Shown in pieces: positions 27,950-40,438 of a stretch of DNA of 64,000 nt. Location of the stretch: positions 1,605,576 to 1,669,575 of the forward strand of contig NW_002060947.1 in the NCBI RefSeq assembly GCF_000150275.1. The letters are read 5' to 3'. The stretch comes from Trichoplax adhaerens. Lineage: Eukaryota > Animalia > Placozoa. Made by a program: the position numbers and the translations under genes. The stretch's first letter is position 1; each line of letters starts with the position of its first letter. Below the pieces are notes generated by a model. The model did not search any database. It was given only the letters and a program-made list of their open reading frames with translations, and was not told the DNA's origin.

Positions 27950-29868
27950 TATTTATAAAGGAATACGAAGGAGTAATTCTAACACGCCCCATTTTTACTA
28001 TTATGTACAACATTTTATAATTTTATAGATGTTAATCGTTTATTTCATAGATTGGATATTGTAGTTTGGATGTTGTATGATCTATATCAAAGTTACTAAG
28101 AAAGAAATTAGTGTTGATAATTTCCTAGTTTGACTAAAGAATTTTCAGCAATTGATAATACAATATCAAAAAAGTTAATCGGATACCAAAAATAAGATAA
28201 AGGTAGAGGAAGCTATGAAGACTTTAATTTGTGAAGAACTATCTATGGGATAATGGTAAGGTCAAAAGACTCATTACGTTTTCGAACTGAATTAGTGTGT
28301 GGATAATCTTAGCCTTAATTAGATCGCTTATGCAACCTTAATTTATAATTTATCTTGACCTCTGAATCTTTTCATTTGTTTGTCATTGGCTCAGATTTGA
28401 TCCCTATAAATCAAGCCGCCAGTTATTATAAGTTTATTAAGAATGTAATATAAAATTTTTGCCCTTTGAAACAACGTGGATAGAATTTTAATAGCGACCG
28501 CCGGTAATGTATTCCATAATTTATTTGATAACATTCTGATAAATGAGGTAACCTTAATGTAACTCGTTTTTTAAGAATAATATCCTGATCATTCATATTA
28601 AGTCTATTCATGGCAAGTTATGCCATCGACTCCTGAAGCTGAATCATCATTACTTTTAAAGTAAATCAACGACTGCACACTTGATAAAAATTTTTGCCGT
28701 ATTAAAATGCGTTAAAATTTATGCTCAATCTGGCATAGTAGAATAGCATGCTGGCTATTCTACTAATATGCCTCAAATTTACTGTTAATTAACATTATGA
28801 TCTGTAATTTATTTTTATTAATTAATTAGATTTACCTATAACATTACATATTAAATCTTTTATTTATTGATATCATTGTATCTCTTGGGTGATTGCAATA
28901 CGCTATTTATTTCGACTAGTCGTTGAATAATAATATAATCAGACAATTGTAAGACCTGAAAGGACTTTTAATTTGAGACCGTCTTGAATGTTTCATAATT
29001 GTTTGTGAAGTAATATAAATGAATTAATGAAATTTCGGGTTTTAGATGTCATTTTGCTGCTTATGTAACATGCGTTCACCTTATATTTAGATAACGATTA
29101 ATAACTAATCAATTTATTCCTGAACTTAAAAAATCTTTAATTTTAATTGTTCTTACATTGGCTAATAATGTGCAGGTAGCTATAAATTGAATATCGCCAA
29201 CTGTAGGTGAAATAATTACGTAAAAATTGCATATTAATACCTTGAAATTACTATCAATAAAATTGTTCACAAACATTGGCTGTTGTAATTAAAATAATTG
29301 ATTCGCTAATACTTTATAATATTATAATTAATTTGAAAGGGTTCAAAGCAGCTAACAAATATTATTATGATAATTAAATACTGTACCTATAGAATCTAGC
29401 TGAATAGATTTGATGACGCAATTTAAAGTAATTCTGTATTCATACGCGATCTATCATCATAGCTCATTTAAACCGTCATCTACTCTATGTAAGATTAATA
29501 ACTATCGAAAAGATATTAGGTATAGTATCAAAAATAGTGTTAATCTGGTGTAATCTAAGAAAGCTATACTAATCTCTATCCATATGTTACTGAATATATC
29601 ATTTATATACGTGACCCCTTATACGATGGGTTAGAAGCCCGTCAATGATCTATTTATATTAATACATCTCCCTTTTGTTATTTATTTTGCTTATTGCTTT
29701 CCTTATCTTTCTCGGCCAACTATGATATGATCGAAATAAAATGAAGTGAAGATGGTTAAAAAAAACTATTAATTATAAACACCGCTATTATTTATTTACA
29801 GTTAGTTAATCATTGCTTTTAGGAATCACATTATAAGAGGAAAAATAAACGTTTACATAGAATAAAAA

Positions 29869-30885
29869 ATGATAGCTAATAACAGTATCGATCGAACACG
29901 ACAGTTTCAGATGATTTTTTTATTTGGCCTGACTCTACCCTGTAATTTGGTCTTAATTCTAGTCAATATTAGCATAAGCGCTGCAATCTTTCAACTATCA
30001 TTATTTCGACATCGAATTTATTGCTTTACTGTGAGTATCATGTTTTCAGATATAGTAAATGCAATCTTTGCTATTGCTAACGTGACGGTAAATGCTTTAA
30101 CTATAAATCGTACAAATACATTGCAATTAGAAAAGATTTCATGCAAAATTATTCATGCCATATTTTGGTCATCCTATTGCGTATCAATATTCTCGTTTAC
30201 TGTCATCGCTGTTGAACGTTATTTAATAATACGAGGAGCTGATCATGACTTTGAAGGATCGCACAGCAGTAGAGGTGTTAATGTTAGTAATAATGATACC
30301 CTGATTATACAATTATGTCTTGTGTGGTTTCTTTCAATGCTAATAGGTGGTTTATGTGTACCACTTGTAAGTTATAATCCTTTTTCACTTTATGCTCGCT
30401 GTGATTATATTGCAATCGAAGGATATTATACCACAATCTACTTTACAACGCTTGCTATCGTATTTTGCTTACTTCCCATTAGCATTATATTGTATTGCTA
30501 TGTCTATATCTTTGTTAAAATTTCAACACCATCCAGAAATTGGCTAGCTTTGAATACTTTAAGACTTAATCGTTATTCTCGCCGATATCATCTTATACGA
30601 TTACCATTTGCAACTACCGTTATTTTTGTAGTGTTGATAATTCCTTTGATAATCATTATACCTATAGCAACAACTGCTGGACAAAGCCTTCGTCAATTTG
30701 CGAATAGTCATGCTACGAAAGAGCTCGCACTAGCTACAGCGCATTTAATGTTTTATTCAGCACCTGCTGTTAATCCAGTGGTAATTTTAATTACCAACAA
30801 ACGCATACGTCGCAAGGTTAAAGAAGGTTTTTCAATCCTTAAATGCAAATCTGCCAGGCATATTCGTAGAGTAGAACCTGTCTAA
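29869..30885 (+). CDS. Intronless rhodopsin-like (class A) orphan GPCR, 338 aa
   Basis: Seven hydrophobic segments. TM1 N, TM2 SD, TM3 C and IAVERY, TM4 W, ECL2 C, TM5 LP..I...CY, TM7 NPVVI, helix 8 NKRIRRKV, N-terminal NNS sequon. Confidence 0.9.
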   Translation: MIANNSIDRTRQFQMIFLFGLTLPCNLVLILVNISISAAIFQLSLFRHRIYCFTVSIMFSDIVNAIFAIANVTVNALTINRTNTLQLEKISCKIIHAIFWSSYCVSIFSFTVIAVERYLIIRGADHDFEGSHSSRGVNVSNNDTLIIQLCLVWFLSMLIGGLCVPLVSYNPFSLYARCDYIAIEGYYTTIYFTTLAIVFCLLPISIILYCYVYIFVKISTPSRNWLALNTLRLNRYSRRYHLIRLPFATTVIFVVLIIPLIIIIPIATTAGQSLRQFANSHATKELALATAHLMFYSAPAVNPVVILITNKRIRRKVKEGFSILKCKSARHIRRVEPV

Positions 30886-31886
30886 ATCATAAATTATGAG
30901 TGATGGATAAAAATCTGCCAACGAAATGGCTGTATCTTTATTCTATGTTGCTAAATTGATTTCGAGTAAAATTTCTGCTACAATTATGGAAATCCGATCG
31001 ATAGACATGATATCCATATCGTATACTAAAAATAATATTATAGGCTAAATGTATAAAATAATATTAATTTATACTGTACGTATACATGTTTGTCCATGTC
31101 GTCGATGGGTAACATTTAGTTAATGTCAAGAGCTTTATGAAGGATCTTAGTTGATTTTCTAAGGGTTATGCATAGATGATGAATTTATCTTTTTAAAATC
31201 TTCAATTATTGTAAAGCATCCTGGTTAATTTAACATTCCACAATCTTTCACTACTCTTAAAAATTTCTTTGCTATCATTCGTAACAGATTATATATCGGA
31301 ATATATTTTTCAAATTAAAGCCCAATAAAGCAATAATCAAACATATGAGAATATTCTGTAAATAATTTTTTTTCCAATTACAATCTCTGATATTCTTGCG
31401 TGTGTATTCATAATTAATAGCTACTATTGTGACTAGGCACATAATAGATTGGAATGGAAAAGTTGTGGTTGCTAACGACTACGTAGACCAAATTTCATCA
31501 ATTTAATTAGTTGACAAGAAATTTGATTTTACTAATGGCCTCTAAAGGGCAGCATAGATGTACTGCTTATCTGGATAGCTTACCATATGATCATGAGTCA
31601 CTAGAAAAATAGGTTCTCTTTTAGAGGCTCAGGCTATTAATGATATGCCTGTCATATAATATTGATATAATTGTTGTATATTATTTAAAATATACCCTTC
31701 ACTCTTAGTAATTTATGAAATTTCCACATTTATGCTAATATTTACTACGAAAAGCTAACATGACTGTTACTTTTGGTGTAAGACATTCTTTATTTCGTAG
31801 ACACGTTAAAATTTTCCTATTTTTGCTTTCGTAAGATACTAGTACAAACTCACGTCGCTTTGCTGACGGTTTACGTTAATGTACTT

Positions 31887-34592
31887 ATTTGTTAATAATT
31901 AACAGATAGTATTACCATTCGACATTATATATCCCGGTAATAGCCAGGCACTACTATATTCACAGCTATGCTTGTAGAATGCTACTTTTCAATAATGCAT
32001 TGACGGATGAAATGCTATATTAAGATTAGTTCATGGTCCAAAGCACATTATGATAACTAATGTACGGTGATGGACATACCAAATTAAGATTAGCAGGTAC
32101 TGTAAAAACGATATCGATAGTGCGGTACAATATCCTTAGTACTGCGGTCAATTCTACACCCATTATGATAATGTGTCTAAGGATCGCTTACTCTGTTAAT
32201 AAAACCGCTATAAGAAAATGGAACAATCAAAATGGCCGTGCCAGAAAACTCTATAAAAAAGATTTTTATGTTTATTCAATTTTCATCAGAGTACCTTATC
32301 CAAAATTTAGCCTCTTTAATAAAATAAATAAAAAATGCCACCCATTCACCCTTTTAAACGAGCAGCGCGGGGTATTCATACTACTGTTCGATGACTGATT
32401 ATGGGTTCATTTTAATAGGTCAGTATAAGATTCTTCAGTACTTTTTACCTCAAGATTTCTTCATGTAAAACCAATAGCTCTAAGATTTTTAATGGTATTT
32501 TGGCTTCTAGATTTACTATAGAGTAGAGAATTCTTTGTTTTAATATATAATAAAATGGATTCTTCTTTTTTATTTCAGTACTATAGGCGCGTATATACTA
32601 TACATAATTACTGCATCGAAGTTTTTTGATTTTTTACTGACTTGTGTGAATACTATTACATTTCTAACAATATGATACTGGCTGGAAAATTTTGGAATTG
32701 AATTGCCTATTCTATATTTTATGAGCATTTTACCTTAGAAATATCGATTACAATACTTAATAATGGATCACAATAGAATTTATCTCGATTGAATAATATT
32801 CAAAAGTTGAAAAGCAATCAGCTTTGTTTTATTCTATTGGTGTCCAATTTACTCTTCGAAAGTTAATTTTTGATTTGAAAGGATGATGCAATAAAAAAAG
32901 ATCATTTAATAAAGGAAAAAATTCATTTCACTATTTAAGATGAATATTATTGATATAAGATTGAAATAATATTATTATTTCATTCATTTCCAACGTAAGA
33001 GATACTCAAAAATCGTCGAAATCGGATTGCTTGATATTTATCAAGAGATCAAAGTGTCATGGATGGCTATTAAATATGTTCATTATTCATTGACTTTGGT
33101 AGTTTTTGCTCTCATTTTATGAGGAATTGCTACCAGTTTTTTCCTTTGTCACAATAGTCATGCACTTCATTTTGTTCTGCTAGCATTAGACTTAGCTTCA
33201 TAATTTTAACTATAAGGGTCATAGATCGCGGTTATACAAAAATTTCATTAAAAAAGAATTAAAAAGGAGTTCTTCAATGTCTTTATTACAAGTCTTAGCT
33301 GTTATTTGCACCCAAATTATAATCATGATGCTCTTTCGGTCAATTTTGAATAATGGAAAGTACTGCCATAATAAATAAAGTACTTCTATGGAACTTATCT
33401 AATTGATTACCTAGTCAAATTGCAATCTATTAATAAATATAAAATTGATTCATAATTGCTTTAGTGAAATTTTTTGTTCTCGATCTCTTTATTGGGAAGA
33501 ATAAAGTTGCTACCGTCAGCGTTATTGTCTAGAGAACTTGACAACTTGTCCATCAACTATTAACGGTATGAATTCTTGTGCAAAATAAGAAATAAAAATA
33601 AAATAATAATGTTGCTACGATAAGAATTTACTAGATTGTTATTTGTAAGATTATACGATCACACACTAGCACAGGGACCTTAATTATTAACTTAGTTTAT
33701 TTTTGGTAGTTCAATAAGACAAATCTTGAAGGCAGTTTATAATCATAGAAGTAATAGAGCTCAACGTGATATACTGTTTAAAGCTGTATGATATGGGTTC
33801 ATTTCAATAGGTCAGTATAAGATTCTTATAGCACTTTTTACCTCAAGAAGGCAGTTTATAATTATAGAAGTAATAGAGCTCAACGTGATATACTGTTTAA
33901 AGCTGTATGATATGGGTTCATTTCAATAGTTCAGTATAAGATTCTTACAGCACTTTTTACCTCAAGATTTCTTCATGTAAAACGAATAGCTCTAAGGTAG
34001 TCATTTCTGCAGAGTACTAGTTTTTAAAATAGTATTCATTATATCGCTAAGGGTGGATACTGGGCCTTTCAATTTTGATTTGATGTAATACTCTAATGAA
34101 AATTGAATAAGCATAGAATCTTTATAGAGTTTTCTACACAGCCCTTTTGATTGTTACATTTTCTTATAACGGTTGTTATCGACAGAGCTAGCGATCCTTA
34201 GACACATTATCATGATTGGTATACAATTGGCCACAATACTAAGGACATTGGACCGCATTGTCGATATCTTATAGTACGTCTTAGACACATTATCATGATT
34301 GGTATAGAATTATAGAATTAAAATTGACCGCAGTACTAAGGACATTGCACCGCACTATCGATATCTTTTTTACCGTCCCTGCTAATCTTAACTTGGTATG
34401 TCCATCACCGTACATTAGTTATCATAATGTGCTTTGGACCATGAACTAATCTTAATATAGCATTTCATTCGTTAATGCATTATTGAAAAGTAGTATTCTA
34501 CAAGCATAGCTGTGAATATAGTAGTGCCTGGCTATTACCGGGATATATATATAATATCGAATGGTAATACTATCTGTTAATTATTAAGAAAT
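31887..34592. mobile_element. ~2.7-kb segment bounded by long imperfect inverted repeats (foldback element or inverted duplication)
   Basis: 31887-~32300 is the reverse complement of ~34085-34592. For example, TCCCGGTAATAGCCAGGCACTACTATATTCACAGCTATGCTTGTAGAAT at ~31932 matches its reverse complement at ~34495-34543. No transposase ORF or clear TSD. Confidence 0.55.
33728..33996. repeat. 119-bp tandem duplication, with a third dispersed partial copy at ~32400-32483
   Basis: GAAGGCAGTTTATAAT at 33728 and 33847. TATGGGTTCATTT.AATAG.TCAGTATAAGATTCTT occurs at ~32400, ~33792 and ~33911. Confidence 0.9.
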
Positions 34593-35400
34593 GGGTTTGC
34601 TCTAATTCGATATTATGACTAATAACTCCGGCTACAATTTATAATATCCATGGATGATTGAATATTGAATAGAATGATGAATTTCGTAACGATTGATTTT
34701 GGATTATGATGATTATTACTTTTACTATGACTAGGAAGGTATTTCAAAGATAAAATAGCAGGGGCAATACCTAAGTAAGAAGTATTGTGATAGAGAAATT
34801 GTTCAAGCAGACTAGGGAGTACAATACAAAGATTAAAAGTGATTTTGTTTAATCCTTATTTTTTGAATAAAGGACATCAGGTGTAACTATTTCCAAAATA
34901 ATTAAAAAAATATTACCAATTTATTATATTTTAGTTATATTATCCGTTATAAATCAAAATAATAAGTAATGAAGAATAATAGTTGTATCTCACCGTATTA
35001 AATAAAAGGCAACAACTCAATCCATTTCTACACCCATTTTTGCTTGGAATCTAAAGCGTCAAGTTGATGACCATCTTTATTCTATAGAAATTTTAATGGA
35101 CAATTGACTGAAATTACAATTGAGCATTTAGGGATCTGGAAGTTATCGTACTGAATCCCTCCCATTCTTCTTGAATGTATTCGATAATTGATAAGTGAAT
35201 AGTCAAGGCATAATGACTTAATTCCATATCCAGTCATGAATAGATTGGCGTCGAATAGGTTCCCATGAATTATTAAAATCTCTCACATGTCTCAATCATG
35301 CTTTTCATCAAGTCTATACCATTAAAGTAGTGGTAGCAGTTCAAGTCATGACATCTAATTCCTGTCTAGACTATAGATGAGTTATTTTACATCAGATCTA

Positions 35401-35780
35401 CATCTCAAGGAAACGTTCAGATATCTAATATACGCGCACTTGAAAATTGGACTGGTTGCTAGTAGTTATGGATATCTTCATACATATGTTTATACTCAAC
35501 TTTATGTCTACCATTAACAAAAAGGACTTTAGGCCTTTTGAGCTTTCAATATAGGATAACATTGGCAGATAAACGGATGCAATACTAAATCCAGAATCTC
35601 CGTTATTCTATGTTAGAAAGTACTGTTTTGAAAGCTCATGATGCCTAAAGTCCTTTTTGCCACTGTAATATTAATAACAAACATCAAAGTGGGCTTGAAC
35701 ATATGTATAAACATATCCATTACCATTGCAACGAATTCAGTTTTCAAGTATCATCGATGTCTGACAGTTGCCTTTTGATG
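35401..35780. mobile_element. Degenerate ~380-bp foldback (old MITE-like) element
   Basis: Nested complementary blocks: CTTGAAAATTG/CAGTTTTCAAG, ATACATATGTT/AACATATGTAT, AAAAAGGACTTTAGGC/GCCTAAAGTCCTTTTT and GAGCTTTCAA/TTGAAAGCTC. Confidence 0.55.
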
Positions 35781-36774
35781 CAAGACAATGATGAGATTGA
35801 TTGGCGTTGAAATCAATACATGAATTATATTGACTATAGCTGTCTAGCAATGCAAATCAGCACTATTAATAGAATAGTAGGAGCTTTGAAGAGAATAATC
35901 AATTAATCCATAATTGCCATTTTTGATCTCTGTTAGTGTTGAAATGTCGTCAATATTTTCTATACAATTTGACAGATGGGTATTTGTCATGGATGTTTGG
36001 TTGAGCGTATTCATGTCTAGAGAATAGGTTATTGTAGAATGGTAATTGGCTAAAGCGATCAACTCTGCGTTGATGACGACTTTCAATTTATACGAAAATT
36101 TCAATATGATCATTCTGTATTAGTGATTGATTGATTGTATGGCAATACGAGTAAGGATTAGAATAAAGTCATGAAAGATGGAAAATAGCAACTGGAATGA
36201 TCACGTCAATAATATCTATTTAATAATTGAAGGATGTGAATTCTACTATCTCAATCAAAGGCAAATTAATTGCTCGCTTCATTGATTTCCATAATTCAAA
36301 TCAGCTGTTATAATATATTCACCGATTGTCTGTATAGTTATAGAATGATCAAGTATTGAGAATGACATTAGGTAGGTGAAAAATTGATAACATCGCCATA
36401 AAGAAGGAAAACATGCAAAAATGACTATTAAAACAAATCTAGTTTATTGCTTTATTGACTGTAAGATGAGATAGACGCATATGATGTTGAATTGTATATT
36501 ACAGTATTTTTCAACGTCATTTCCACCAACTTTCCATCTGATTCATTTTTGTTGGATAACAAGTGTAGATTGGATAATCGCTTAGTGGAAAGATATATAG
36601 TACGGTATATAAGTAAGAGTGCCTACTGCCTAGCGTTTGAAAGGGAGGCGCCTATGCAAATTTCAATAGTGCTGTAGTACTCTATTTTGATTAATTAAAC
36701 AAAGTTTTATTGATTGATAAAATTCACGTGGAGAATTCGCAGCAGCATATGAATAAATTTTTCTATTCTATTTA

Positions 36775-36891
36775 GATCATGAAAATGATATACTTTTATT
36801 GTACACATACATGTACAGCCAATAGTAAAATTTTGGATCATGAAAATGATATACTTTTATTGTACACATGTACAGCCAATAGTAAAATTTT
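36775..36891. repeat. ~60-bp tandem duplication followed by (AG)n and poly-A
   Basis: GATCATGAAAATGATATACTTTTATTGTACACAT at ~36775 and ~36836. Confidence 0.9.
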
Positions 36892-37177
36892 GACTGTACA
36901 GAGAGAGAGAGAGAAAAAAAAAATAGCAACAGTAAACAGTGCATGAGTTTTTGTCAAAGAGAGAAGAATTTATAAAGTGCAGTCTATGTGCATTTTTAAC
37001 AGGAACTATCTATGAACTTGGAATAGTATTGTCATAGACTAGATACAAAACATCCTTTCATTCTACTATCATGAATACCAATGATTACTTTTAACTTTTT
37101 ACATGTCGAACTTTGAAACAATGCTCAAGAATCATAGTGAAACGTTTGAATGGACAAATAAATACATGAATACTGGC

Positions 37178-38342
37178 TTAAATAGCTCGACAAGGTGCAG
37201 GAAATTGTCCACTGATGTACAAAATGTGATCACTAATGAACGACGGAAGATAGGCCATTAAGGATAGTATATTGGCTTCCAAACCTACCAGATATCGTTC
37301 ACGAGGTTTAGGGGAGAATAAGGCATTTTTGATAGCTTTGGTTACTTTAGCGATATTATTGGAAGCACGGGATCGATTGAATTCAGTTATTTTCTTGACA
37401 CCTAAATGAGAAAGAGACGACGAAGATTGTTTTCGATTCAATTCAATCATAAACTCAATTGTATCCAATTGGTTTGAAGTATTTTAATAGTAATGCATGA
37501 TGGAGAATAGATTCTTTTATGCATTGGTATACAGTACATGTATTGTAATCTAAAGTACTGGCAGTGATTGATGATAGCAAGAACGATTGATTACCTTCTT
37601 TTGCAAAATGGTCGCCATAATCTTGACGTATTGTGCTATTACAGTTATGATAAAGTTGTAGGAATTCATCTTCTAAATTATCTAATATATGAGTCTTGAA
37701 AAAACCAGGTTCAATAATGTGTACCGATACATTGAATAGTTTCATTTCTCGGCGTAATGAATCGGAGAAGGCTTCGACAGCAAATTTGGACATGCTGTAA
37801 GATGCAGAATAAGGCACACTAAATCTGCCTAGCATACTCGCCAAGTTGACAATTCTTCCTTGATCGATTTTAATCAACGGTAGCATTGCTTTGGTCATTT
37901 CAACCATACCAAAAACATTAACATTGAAAATTTGTCTCAATTTGGATAGTGGTGTCCATTCGATAGCCCCTGTGGATGCGATACCAGCATTATTGACCAT
38001 ACCCCATAAGCCTTTCCCCATAGGTAAGTGTTTTCCAACGAGATCGACAGCACGATGAATATCATCACTGTTGGTCACATCGACTATGATAGGATAAAGA
38101 CGATTACTACATATGCTTGTTAAATCTTCTACACCTCGTTTAGTTAAGCAACAAGCAATAATATTGCAACCACATAGATCTAATTCAATGGATAACTTTC
38201 GGCCGAATCCGCTATCACAACCTGTAATAAGAACATATTTATCGTCCAAGTTTTTGATTTGAGGTCGAGGTGACCAATAGATGATGGCTGCAACAACAAA
38301 TAAAATCAGGCCTAACATGGCCAGTACTACCCATTCATTCAT
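37178..38342 (-). CDS. Short-chain dehydrogenase/reductase, SDR9C family (RDH16/HSD17B6/DHRS9-like), 2 exons
   Basis: Exon 1 is 38342-37595 (GAA G|GTAATC) and exon 2 is 37401-37178. N-terminal TM, TGCDSGFG, GLWGMVNNAGI, catalytic YSMSK, FSDSLRRE, IEPGFFKT and C-terminal ALFSPKPRERYLVG. Confidence 0.93.
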
Positions 38343-38904
38343 GGTAAAGAGGAATGATTGACTTTTTTTAGCTATGATTTGTCAACTAGAATAACCTTAT
38401 GTAGTGTAGAGAGCCCAATCCAGGGCTGCACACTGCATCATCACGCCAACTTGCTGGACGCCATTCCACAGTCTATCGAGTATGAGGACAAAAGGTGATT
38501 GAAGGAAGTCAGCGTTCTGGTGATGCTTCCCAATGGATTTCAGTGTATGATACAGTAGATTGTATGCTATACAAGTCCTCTACAATGTGGCGCAGCTATT
38601 ATATCGTATGGGTTCGCTTTTGTTGCGCTAATACTAGAATAGTAAAAGCTACCCTTATTAAGGACTAAAAGCATTTCCAGTAGTTCTTGCTACAGTATAG
38701 CAAGCGATGAGCGAGAGATTGGCTAATAATATCACTGTCCACCGTGCTTATTTTGTTTTCAGATGTAGAAAATGGCAAAAAATATTGCTGAAACGAACGT
38801 AAATATACTGCACTTTATGTAGCTCGAGTCTGTCCAATGTCCACGCAAGAACAGTCAAAGCACAGAATGATAATAATTATTAATTATTATGAATTATTAT
38901 GTGT

Positions 38905-39696
38905 TGGACTTTGCCACAGTACTGTACAGTGTACACTATACTACAGTATGTACAACCAACATGATAACAGGGCCGTGCATAAAAATTATCACTTCTGTCC
39001 TAGAAGGACAGCACCTCTTTCTACGGTAGAGGTGATAACTTTTATGCAACGGGGGACAATTTTGATGGAGTCAGTCCCTGTTAATAGCCACTTAACCATG
39101 GCTGAAAATAAGCCCACACCAACCTAATTTAGAGTCCTGGTGAGCAATTGTAGATGTACAGAACAGTTAAAATGACCAGAGAAACCAGGGTTAGCCTTCT
39201 CATTTTTAGACAACGAAAGTCGTTGATAGTCCTTCTCTCTTTCATGTAGAACTGTAGTTTAGCAGTCCCTGGTATTACTTATATCCCAGTCCATGCAGTC
39301 AGTGTATGTAATGGACGTTGCCACAGTGCACTGTACTACAATATGCGCAAACAACATGATAACAGTGCCGTGCATAAAAATTGTCACTTCAGTCCTAGAA
39401 GGACAACATCTCTTTCTACGGCAGGAGTGATAACTCTTTTTATGCAACAGGGGACAATTTTGAGTTAGTCTCTGTTAATAGCCACTTAACCATGACTGAA
39501 AATAAGCCCACACCAACCCAATCTAGAGTCTTGATGTGCAATGATAGATGTAGAGAACAGTGATAATGACCAGAGAAACCAGAGAAAAGGTTAATTAGCC
39601 ATCACATTTTTAGACAACGAAAGTCGTTGACTGCCCTTCTCTCTTCATTTAGTACTGTAGTTTAGCAGTCCCTGGTATATCCTAGTCCATGCAGTC
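38905..39696. repeat. ~400-bp diverged tandem duplication upstream of the SDR gene
   Basis: TTGCCACAGT at ~38911 and ~39318. Both copies share GCCGTGCATAAAAATT, CTGAAAATAAGCCCACACCAACC, TTTTTAGACAACGAAAGTCGTTGA and GCAGTCCCTGGTAT. Confidence 0.9.
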
Positions 39697-39784
39697 TGTA
39701 CAAACAGATTTATACCAGAGGTTACTAAATATGATATAGAATAGCTGTAAGTGTTAGTTTAGGAAGGCTTACTATAGACTCTGC

Positions 39785-39936
39785 AGACACCCTGTGCTAT
39801 AATCTACCGTCGACGGTATAAAAGCCGAGGAGTTTTTAAGGGAGAGGGTGGTTGGAGGTGTAGACACCCTATGCTATAATCCACCGTCGATGGCATAAAA
39901 GCCGGGAGTTTTAAGGGAGAGAGTGGTTGGAGGTGT
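39785..39936. repeat. 77-bp tandem duplication containing a palindrome and a TATA-like box
   Basis: AGACACCCT at 39785 and 39862. TACCGTCGACGGTA at 39805-39818 runs into TATAAAAG. Confidence 0.88.
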
Positions 39937-40438
39937 AGAAGGTACTTCAGAGGAATATTCTCTAGCTGAGGCGGGAGCCTTTCTCTGCCACCGTACTTTG
40001 CCAACGTTGTCTACATTGTATAGGGTCCAGCAGGTATTCGTGGACTGAATTGTTGGATCAACATCAATGTATCACTCCCCTACATTCCATGTATAAAGTA
40101 CAGTACAGTAGATTCCAATTTTATGCTTGTAATATAGCAGAGTCGTAGATTGATATTGATGCAGTATATTTGATATATTCCGAGAATTCGGGCAATATAA
40201 CCAAATACCCGGGTGCAATCAATAAACCACATAAGTATAGATATGGATTGTTGCCATTCTTTATTTACGTTATACAATTCAACAGGTATTGAATCAGACG
40301 TAAAACAGAATTAGTTTTAGACGTCTGTCTTGTTGTTATTTTCAGAATATGGTAATATTGCGTGCTTCTGCAGTGATTCATCAATGTACAGTATAACAAA
40401 TTATTATTAAGCAGGAGCTAGCTTTAGTTGACACTTTA

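Noticed and set aside
32060-32398. 112-aa ORF in the inverted-repeat arm as a transposase
   Set aside because: No DDE or DNA-binding motifs, and the opposite arm carries indels that disrupt the equivalent frame.
37455-37594. C-terminus of the 295-aa SDR ORF
   Set aside because: This is read-through into the intron. The donor at 37594 splices in frame to the conserved exon 37401-37178.
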